DNA of 64,000 nucleotides from Aestuariivirga sp. (GTDB lineage Bacteria; Pseudomonadota; Alphaproteobacteria; Rhizobiales; Aestuariivirgaceae): NCBI GenBank assembly GCA_041745135.1, contig JBGTJO010000090.1, positions 6,494 to 70,493 of the forward strand, read 5' to 3'. Shown piece by piece: positions 58,001 to 64,000 of this stretch (position 1 is its first letter; each line of letters starts with the position of its first letter). The notes under the pieces were generated by a model. It saw only the letters and a program-made list of their open reading frames with translations, ran no database searches and was not told where the DNA came from. The position numbers and the translations under genes were made by a program.

Positions 58001-61000
58001 GACAGGATCGAGGGCTTCGGCGGATCGGATACTTATATTTTCGCGCGCGGCTACGGCAACGATACGATTTTCGACACGTCATCGGATGCGCAGGGCGACA
58101 AGCTCGTGCTGCAGGGCATAGCACTCGACGATGTCGATTTCGGCCGGAGCGGCAACGATCTCATCCTCACGGTGCGCTCCACGGGCGAGAGGGTGGTTCT
58201 GGATGAGCAATATAATCGCAACTCTTACCAGGGGAATGCGATTGAGTGGTTGGTCTTTTCGGACCGAACCGTCAGTCATCGCGACCTCAACCCCGAGGAT
58301 GTGGACCTGATTGGCACCGCCGCGGGCGAAGTGCTCACCGGCAGCGATTTTGCCGAATTGATCGACGGGCGTGGCGGCAACGACACGCTCATCGGCGGAA
58401 GCGACGGGGACACCTACGCCTTCGACGTGGGTTACGGCTCCGATCTCATCGTCGACGGCCAGAAGCGTGTCGCGTGGCGGGAAGCCAACGGCACGCTGGT
58501 CAAGGAGGTCGATGATGAAATACATTTCGGCGCCGACATCACCACCGACATGGCGGTTTTCACCAAGGATGGCGACGATCTGCTGATCTCGCTCAACGGC
58601 CGCACCGATACGCTTCGAATCCAGAATCAATTCCGCTCGATCGAGGATCAGATCGAGTGGTTCCAGTTTGACGACGGCACGCGCTGGCATGTTTCGGATA
58701 TCGAGGAACGCCTCGCTATCGTCGGCGGCAGCCGCGGCGACGATACAATTCATGGCAGCGAATTGGCTCCCAACGTGCTCGACGGCCGGGAGGGGGATGA
58801 CAGCCTTCACGGCGGGCGCGAAGGCGACACATACGCCTTTGGCGGCGCTTACGACCTGGATGAGATATTTGAAAGCACCGTCACGACGCCGGGGGCTATC
58901 GACCGTATCGTATTCGGCGCCACCGTCGATTTGGAAACCTTGCGGATATTGCGCAACGGCGACGATATTATTTTCGACCTGGGCAATGGCGAAGACAGGC
59001 TGACGGTCAGGCAAGGGTTGACCACCCGGCAGGTTGAACAATTCCTGTTCGCCGATGGCACGACGCTGAGCCTTGAACAGATCCGCGACCGCATGCTCAT
59101 GGGCAGCGAAGGCGATGACGTACTCACCGGATTTGACGACAGGAACGATTTTCTGGATGGGGCCAAGGGGTCCGACAGCCTTGCCGGGGGCGGCAGCGAT
59201 GACCGTTACGCATTCGGAATCGGCTCGGGCGCCGACTCGGTCTCCGAAGGCGGCGGCATCGACCGGATTGAATTCGGCGAAGGCGTCACCGTCGGCATGG
59301 TGCAATTCTCCGACGAGGACGGCAGCCTTCTTGTCAGGCTCGCGGGCCACGAAGATACGCTCATCATTCTCGGCGGCGTTGCATCGCCGGGCGCGGGTGC
59401 TCGGGTTGAATCCTTCCTCTTCAAGGATGGAACCGCCATCACCATGGAGGAGGTTTCGCGCCTTCTCCTCAGCGGGCAACAGACGGAAGGCAACGACATC
59501 GTCGATGCGCGTTTCGATACCGGGCTTATGGTGGAAGCGGGCGGCGGCGACGATCAAATTTATGCCGGCGTCAACACTACAATCGTCTTCAAGGGCGGAG
59601 ACGGCATCGATATCATCGAGCCGCTGGCCGGGCCCGCAACCATGGTGTTCGAGGATCTCAACTCGAGCGATGCCATTATCCGGCGCGTGGACCTTGCTGG
59701 ATACGACCTGGCGATCGTATTCACGAATACCGGCGACCAGGTCATCATCCGGGGCGCCTTGCAGAATTTGCATCTACCCAGATTCGAGTTTGCCGATGGC
59801 GTCGTCTGGGACAAGGCTGCATTTCTGGCAAAGTCGATTGAAGCCCAGGGCAGCGCTCGCAGCGATGTGATCATTGGATCGAGCGGCGCCGATGCGATCA
59901 GCGGTCTTGCCGGAGACGACGATATCCAGGGGGGAGGGGGCGACGACGCCTATACCTTCAGCCGCGGCGATGGCCGGGATGTAATCGCCGACACATTGGG
60001 ATCGGACCGCATTGTCATAAAGGGCTACAGTCCCGGAGACGTAAGCGTCAGTAAACCCGTTTCCGCGCGGGATGAACTGCTGCTTACATTCGCGGGCACC
60101 GATGATGAAATTTTAATCCGGTACACGTCTGGAGCCGGGGCTGAACTGGTGGTGTTCAGCGATGGAACCCAGTGGACCAAAGAGCAGATGTTCGACGCGG
60201 CCGTGGGCCAAGGAACGGCCTATGACGACGAACTTCTGGGCAGCCCCGGTGACAACACGCTGATCGGCGGAGGCGGCAACGATTATCTTTCGGCGAGCGG
60301 CGGGAGCGATACTTACGTGTTTTCGCGCGGGAGCGGGCGCGACACCATCAACGATCTCGGCTACGCCAACGACTTCAACCGCGTTGTGATCAACGACTAC
60401 AGCCCGGCGGATGTTACGGTCGTGCGCCATGCCGACCGGCTGGAAGACTTGCTGCTTCGGTTCCCCGGCGGCGACGAGATTGTCATTGTCGGCGGCTTCC
60501 AAGAAAACGGTGGTCATATCCGCGAGTTCCATTTTCAGAATGGCGTAACCTGGACGATGGCGAATGTGCTGTCGGCACTGCAAGCGCAGCCTCAACCAGC
60601 GCAAGACGAAACGCTCATTGGTACCACCGCTGCGGACACGCTGAACGGCGGTGGCGGTGACGACCTGCTTTCCGGCGGAAGAGGCGGCGATAGATATATC
60701 TTCCAGCGCGGCGATGGCCGTGACCAAATCGAGGACAATGGCACTTCCACTGGAACGGACGTTATCGAGATCAGGGGTTACACTCGAGCTGAGACTTTCG
60801 TTGAGAGATCTATCGTAAATCCCGACGATCTCATCATAAGATTCGCGGGAACCTCCGATCAGATAACCGTCGCGGGCGGCTTTTTCGGGTATCAACACGC
60901 TTATATTGAGCAGATTGTCTTTGCCGACAACACAGTCGCCGCGACCTCCACCCTGGTCGGCAACATCCTCGCCGCGGCTGCCACTTCCGGTAACGATCTC

Positions 61001-64000
61001 ATCACCGGGACGCTTAACAACGACGTTCTGACCGGTGGATTGGGCAATGACCGCCTGGACGGCCATTCGGGTACGGACACCTATGAATTCACCCGCGGCG
61101 GCGGACAGGATACGATACTCGACGATGACGGATATTATTACGACAATTATCTAAATCTGCACGGTTATTTGCCGGAGGAGGCGACGCTCAAGCGCGATCC
61201 GTATGACGCAAATTTGGTTGTGATTTCTTTCTCGGGAACGGACGATAAAATTTCGTTTGCCCGGGACAGTTTCAGGGATGGCGTCCCTGGCATAACATTC
61301 ATACGTTTTGACAACGGGGTAGTGTGGAACAGTACGGCAATAGATGCCCGAGCTGCCTTGTTGGAGACAGGTACGAGCGGCGATGATTATTTAAGGACAT
61401 TTGGTTCCGTCGATACGCTTTCGGGTGGGCTTGGCAACGATGTGATCCAAACCGGCGTTGGCGCCGACATCATAGAATTCTCACAGGGCGACGGGCGAGA
61501 CACGGTTGCCCACAAGTATTCCAGTTCTAAGCCGGATTTTGACACGCTTCGATTACTGGACATCGATCCCTCCGACATAAGGATACTCGGTAACACATTT
61601 GGAGATCGCAGCTTAACCGTTTCCGTTTTGGGCACGCGCGATGAGATCCGTTTCGAAAGCGGCCTGAATTCTCTCAAGCAGATTTCGTTTGCGAATGGCG
61701 TTGTGTGGACAGCCAGCCAGATTCAAGCGGCCGTTGAAGCGAGGCCCGCGCGTACGACGCTTATGGGATCCGCCAGTTCCAACAACTACGAAAGCACGAG
61801 TAATAACGAGTGGTTCAGCGATTCGGGTGGGGCAGATACGTATTTGTATGCTGCCGGTGGCGGCCACGACATAATAACCGATTCCGAATCTTTCGGCGGC
61901 GGCGTGGATGCACTCATCTTTGCGGGCATTTCTTCTACGGACGTGACCTTCGAATGGAGCCGCTCATATAGCTCGGACCTCCTGGTCACGTTCACCTCGA
62001 CTTCGGGTTCGATTCTCATTGCCAGCTTTGATGACCCAACCTACCAAATCGAAAGTCTCACATTTGCCGACGGTGCCGTGTTTTCAGCCAGCGACATCGT
62101 GCTGATTGCCGATGCGAATGCGTTGGCGGCTATCAATAACGATGATTATTACGGCGATGAAACCGACGAGACGGTCGAACTCGGCCTGGGCAATGATTAT
62201 GCCTATGGCTCCAATGGCCTGGATACCTATATCTATAATCGCGGTGACGGCAACGATATCTACGACGACTACAGCGGCGCCGCAGAGGGGCCAGCCGGCC
62301 AGATCGTGCTTCATGGCATCTCTCCAGGAAGCGTGACCGTCACCCGCCAGTTTGACGACATCGTTCTGAACATTGCTCCTGTCCTGCCGGATGGATCCGA
62401 CGCGGGGACCATTACCCTGCCTTACGCGTATTCGTATAGCGACGACTGGCGGGGCGTTACGGTTACATTCGATGACGGCAGCATATGGACGAAGGCTGAT
62501 TTGAAGAGTGCCGCGCAGGGTTCGGTGGAGAGTGTTTACATATATCCTCCCCCTGAGATTGTTTATCTCACGGCCGGCGATGACAATGTGTTCGGCACCT
62601 ACGGCGTAGATGCGGTTGCGCTCGGCACGGGCAACGACTTGTTTGATGGAGCGAGCGGCGCGGATATTATTTACTACGCACGCGGCGATGGTGACGACAC
62701 GATTTTGTCCCATAGCGGGGATCAGTATTCGGTTGGCCTGACAGGAATTGACGTTGGCGACGCGCGTGTTTCGCGTCACGGCAATGATTTGATCCTGGAG
62801 TTTTCCGAAGAGCCGGCGGGAGCGGGCAACGCCGGGAGCATACGCTTTGTGAACGGCTACCGGGCCGACGGGCAGGCTCGTCTCGCCGTTGGCTCAATCA
62901 CTTTCGACGACGGCACAGTTTGGACCGCTACACAAATCGCCGCCAATTGGGTCGCACAGCAAAGCAGCAGCGGAAATGATGTTGTCGTAAACGCCGGCCC
63001 TGCCCTTACCTATGAGCTGGGAGCGGGCGACGATATTGTGGAAACCGGCGCCACCGAGGACAATTATATTTACCGGGCGGGCGATGGCCATGACCTGATC
63101 ATTAAGAACACGCGCCTAGACTATGCCGCGATCCCTTCCGAAGAAGGGCTTCCGGCGCCGGCGGGCCAGGATGTTCTTTCGCTTCCCGATCTTAATCGTT
63201 CGCAAATCGTTCTGGAACGCAGTTTTGACGATCTTGTAATCAAGATCCCCGCCGATGCGGCGGCGAACGTTCCGGCGGGTTCGGTTACCCTGAAGGATGC
63301 TTTCCTGGCTGGCATTTTTATCGACCAGTTGGTGGAGTGGATAAGCTTCGCCAATGGCGACCGGCTCTCCGTCCGCGCCATCATCGCGGATTTTGTTGCC
63401 GCGGAAGCGACATCCGGAAACGACAACATCATAGCATCCGAGGGCAGCGACAGCATTTCGGCGGGGCGTGGAAACGACATTGTCGATGCACGAAACGGTT
63501 ACGATACAATTCACTATACCCGGGGCGACGGCAATGATGTCGTCATCGACGGTTCCACGCAGTATGGACTTGAGGGCACCTATCTCACGGACAATGACCG
63601 TCTTCTCCTGCATGGTATCAATGCGAATGCAGTTTCATTTGAAACCGACCGTGACGATCTTGTCGTCAACATCTCGGAGAGTTCGCCGGGATTGGGCGAC
63701 GGCGGCAGCATCCGTTTCCATGATATGCTCAGCGGCGGCTTTGAAGGTGCAGTCCTTGGCTTTGAGTATATTGTTCTGGATGACGGAACTGAAATTCAGC
63801 GTGGCGAGGCTATCGCTTCGGCATTCTCCGACGCTGGAACGCCATTTGACGATACGATAACGGGCGATGACGATGATAACGCCATCGCCGGCCTAAGAGG
63901 AAATGACGACCTCGATGGCCGGGGCGGCGACGACATTTATGTCTATATCCGTGGCGATGGTTACGATCTAATCCGCGAGACGGGTTATGACGCCGCCGAT
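52055..64000 (+). CDS. Giant RTX Ca2+-binding protein (>=3982 aa, runs off the window): ApxIVA-like N-domain, Asp-Pro self-processing module, many GGxGxD/HCBP-type repeats
   Basis: ATG 52055 after RBS AGGA (MASDLMKEVLTKYLFGQ). Same frame at 54119 and 63962. D856-PLVLDLDGDGIET, then repeated GG.G.D.L.GG.G.D.Y.F..G.G.D.I and IE.I.FADG..W units. Absent from the ORF track, consistent with no stop codon inside the window. Confidence 0.9.
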   Translation, partial: MASDLMKEVLTKYLFGQSTRPADMLDEALIGRTPSEPIKVFVPLNDFMTTGAGRIAEASLSPFLREFFADGGPSLTLADIESYLTSRNESLSNYARPGGGYEFMKGTIENAYIFNSVLGSRPNYSFDFQHYWYRPEGESDAAFAERVFIWNSVEFSYGEGTKFVYGANDEFWLEDFAIIPIQEVPNQPAEKTENFDFESNDFAARQSAEISKAWLDISNIGRTVNFDFSGTASTSTFTKSDFDASVAREESQRSIYYSYIFAASAADAMWHDDVFGSLFRDLFQNGPSNFYDEQHRPILYGTNGADVIDKSNAEFTFTDAWSGIFDESAFEFYDYIKNGLVVVAGKGDDRIYGTNAKDALYGGSDSDTFLQLNLAGGDDVLHGGGHNLSWVTDGTDVASYDFVTSQALEVRFTNEGSTANGGSAIEVTGGAAVGRDLLYSIERITLSSLADTVKLPAEELLRSFTDVQIDGGGGIGIKDILDFTNYTGAIDPKLLSVNDLKQLVIGGVTFKNFERVIDNDQDGRIFDTDGVDPIQTGSTEPQPEGLPPETIEQMVDAVLASDSLASGGFEENIGNAGRVFQVLTGFDYSSLGTVKSVEGNGGRDFIAAGAGAVSLEGGADNDLIIAKDAVYGPAVAGTETTPSQPEQRLTIDGGEGNDWLATLGGTGAIMVGGEGRDFLFNTSFKGQLYGDTIDGTGSGESDVFWYWPGTFIMDAQSNDLLQFFGLPMLGGSNSVAGIPAGDGSMAIDWINWFVYYGVSESGQLLIYNGLLSDVGARDGFPGGIMVVENYEFGGFKDTTYGIPAAGDLGMTFRIFNPSAADALEISIWHTVWGSLFTYIDVLFNLAKALHWQPVDDPLVLDLDGDGIETTSESQSGVRFDLDGDFFAEKTGWLKSDDGFLVIDLNGNGRIDDISEMFGGPDQSGFTDLASMDSNLDGVITIADGGFASLRVWRDLDQDGRTDQGELTTLAQQGIVSLGLSSTALDLETPQGNHLLAHGNYTRADGTTGKMFDLAFDTDPTDTVYRGERGIAAWLSAETLPNAKGFGSMTDLATAASNEFALAETVRAAAASMTVPDLEDIRAKATPIFGEWAQSLELTRELAPVLLGTNGTQLVDRAVWHEDATGGWWELESGAPVRDAQGAVIVHATLEQVMAQGVAAGQHWQLEQMFSPTSRATPLTEREEAPYLAEVVSGRVVVRDYGIENADGSWRLASGNPVRDVQGAVIAAPTVDDIVRSAHAAGQEWRVESFGVNPYADLAVDRMGVYMIDGVAVDYSVQVTDADGSFHVWARNLDRALELQHKLGEPGEFNLRSYAIDFETLDEVNSTLDSTYRVEILTAGQFHFASSIFGIDFQPEMMAAAIDPLTHRISYSVGSFNGEDVSDTNPDGSYNSVIAPTIQMMEALVENYITVSRAFAVRVALQGGLEDFARGLAYDAPSDQFYATTDRELAPMFEAIFEGAPAGETAAYDYLVAWREILEVVYPDYHLKQGVNFTTGTLKLDQAFVFQMLIPAFENVGVDLDIQGVMNALGVEETKLVMPAAGAAVVDGTTDGDYFYLSTGDQTFHGGLGRDIYFVGENFGQDVIEDIEQSWQRRSPDELRFSQAKSTDVYATRDGLDLVIQVIGTNDVLRIKNQFEGELIDPLFGRDQSPDTEMVTIVFADGVIWDRLQIAKAVSHPQATNDLVLGSQTKDYIEGGRGNDVLRGGRDGDIYIFREGDGDDRIADNNDNPFDRGQDKYDILQFTGGITAGDLKFHRAGESNNFDMQVLDAAGNPTGDRVTIDGQFAWIQTLFFGIVYADRIERIGFQDGSFLTESDIMARVLLDLKTSGEDIIYGFNNNDTLDGGAGDDVLVGRAQSDTYIYGRGYGRDVIADGNNDPFVSGYDVLKFKDDLRWSDFEFERDGASPTITLRVKGTDDAVILQNQYQQGLIPSFADMIERIDFADGTSWDYVKLAQHIIDLASTAGNDTIYGFDIANTHDGGAGDDRIEGFGGSDTYIFARGYGNDTIFDTSSDAQGDKLVLQGIALDDVDFGRSGNDLILTVRSTGERVVLDEQYNRNSYQGNAIEWLVFSDRTVSHRDLNPEDVDLIGTAAGEVLTGSDFAELIDGRGGNDTLIGGSDGDTYAFDVGYGSDLIVDGQKRVAWREANGTLVKEVDDEIHFGADITTDMAVFTKDGDDLLISLNGRTDTLRIQNQFRSIEDQIEWFQFDDGTRWHVSDIEERLAIVGGSRGDDTIHGSELAPNVLDGREGDDSLHGGREGDTYAFGGAYDLDEIFESTVTTPGAIDRIVFGATVDLETLRILRNGDDIIFDLGNGEDRLTVRQGLTTRQVEQFLFADGTTLSLEQIRDRMLMGSEGDDVLTGFDDRNDFLDGAKGSDSLAGGGSDDRYAFGIGSGADSVSEGGGIDRIEFGEGVTVGMVQFSDEDGSLLVRLAGHEDTLIILGGVASPGAGARVESFLFKDGTAITMEEVSRLLLSGQQTEGNDIVDARFDTGLMVEAGGGDDQIYAGVNTTIVFKGGDGIDIIEPLAGPATMVFEDLNSSDAIIRRVDLAGYDLAIVFTNTGDQVIIRGALQNLHLPRFEFADGVVWDKAAFLAKSIEAQGSARSDVIIGSSGADAISGLAGDDDIQGGGGDDAYTFSRGDGRDVIADTLGSDRIVIKGYSPGDVSVSKPVSARDELLLTFAGTDDEILIRYTSGAGAELVVFSDGTQWTKEQMFDAAVGQGTAYDDELLGSPGDNTLIGGGGNDYLSASGGSDTYVFSRGSGRDTINDLGYANDFNRVVINDYSPADVTVVRHADRLEDLLLRFPGGDEIVIVGGFQENGGHIREFHFQNGVTWTMANVLSALQAQPQPAQDETLIGTTAADTLNGGGGDDLLSGGRGGDRYIFQRGDGRDQIEDNGTSTGTDVIEIRGYTRAETFVERSIVNPDDLIIRFAGTSDQITVAGGFFGYQHAYIEQIVFADNTVAATSTLVGNILAAAATSGNDLITGTLNNDVLTGGLGNDRLDGHSGTDTYEFTRGGGQDTILDDDGYYYDNYLNLHGYLPEEATLKRDPYDANLVVISFSGTDDKISFARDSFRDGVPGITFIRFDNGVVWNSTAIDARAALLETGTSGDDYLRTFGSVDTLSGGLGNDVIQTGVGADIIEFSQGDGRDTVAHKYSSSKPDFDTLRLLDIDPSDIRILGNTFGDRSLTVSVLGTRDEIRFESGLNSLKQISFANGVVWTASQIQAAVEARPARTTLMGSASSNNYESTSNNEWFSDSGGADTYLYAAGGGHDIITDSESFGGGVDALIFAGISSTDVTFEWSRSYSSDLLVTFTSTSGSILIASFDDPTYQIESLTFADGAVFSASDIVLIADANALAAINNDDYYGDETDETVELGLGNDYAYGSNGLDTYIYNRGDGNDIYDDYSGAAEGPAGQIVLHGISPGSVTVTRQFDDIVLNIAPVLPDGSDAGTITLPYAYSYSDDWRGVTVTFDDGSIWTKADLKSAAQGSVESVYIYPPPEIVYLTAGDDNVFGTYGVDAVALGTGNDLFDGASGADIIYYARGDGDDTILSHSGDQYSVGLTGIDVGDARVSRHGNDLILEFSEEPAGAGNAGSIRFVNGYRADGQARLAVGSITFDDGTVWTATQIAANWVAQQSSSGNDVVVNAGPALTYELGAGDDIVETGATEDNYIYRAGDGHDLIIKNTRLDYAAIPSEEGLPAPAGQDVLSLPDLNRSQIVLERSFDDLVIKIPADAAANVPAGSVTLKDAFLAGIFIDQLVEWISFANGDRLSVRAIIADFVAAEATSGNDNIIASEGSDSISAGRGNDIVDARNGYDTIHYTRGDGNDVVIDGSTQYGLEGTYLTDNDRLLLHGINANAVSFETDRDDLVVNISESSPGLGDGGSIRFHDMLSGGFEGAVLGFEYIVLDDGTEIQRGEAIASAFSDAGTPFDDTITGDDDDNAIAGLRGNDDLDGRGGDDIYVYIRGDGYDLIRETGYDAAD
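53995..55355 (+). repeat. Shared cassette segment, copy 2
   Basis: Direct repeat of ~49761-51115. Confidence 0.92.

Noticed and set aside
55571-59773. Long minus-strand ORFs (614 aa and 564 aa), and similar ones at 18902-20521 and 43442-45169
   Set aside because: They are antisense shadows of high-GC plus-strand genes and show no recognisable motifs.
1-64000. CRISPR arrays, tRNA/rRNA genes, transposases or integrases
   Set aside because: None recognised. Cassette exchange would therefore rely on homologous recombination or factors outside the window.

Overview
High-GC alphaproteobacterial (Hyphomicrobiales-like) DNA in two parts. (1) 1-45.9 kb is a dense catabolic island, apparently for nitrogen-rich compounds. 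It holds two paralogous xanthine-dehydrogenase-family Mo subunits (one with its FAD and 2Fe-2S subunits), three different ureohydrolase-family enzymes (one guanidine-hydrolase-like with a His-rich insert, next to a HupE/UreJ nickel transporter), two paralogous metal-dependent amidohydrolases, a PuuE-like deacetylase, three SDRs, two GSTs, four ABC importers plus an orphan binding protein, three LysR regulators and one Lrp regulator. Repeated candidate operator motifs are visible. (2) 46.2-64 kb is an RTX locus that looks like a polymorphic toxin system with N-terminal payloads. An HlyC-like acyltransferase gene is followed by tandem cassettes: conserved ~280-nt leader, variable partner (immunity-like) gene, variable N-terminal toxin domain, shared ~1.35-kb segment containing an FrpC/ApxIVA-type Asp-Pro self-processing module. 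Only the last cassette (ApxIVA-like N-terminus) continues into a giant RTX ORF (52055 to beyond 64000, at least 3982 codons, absent from the ORF track). The upstream orphan cassette carries a PIN-like nuclease domain. It and an older decayed cassette both end in a hard-coded tmRNA/ssrA-like peptide (AANDN...AA). All family assignments come from motif recognition and remembered reference sequences; no searches were run.
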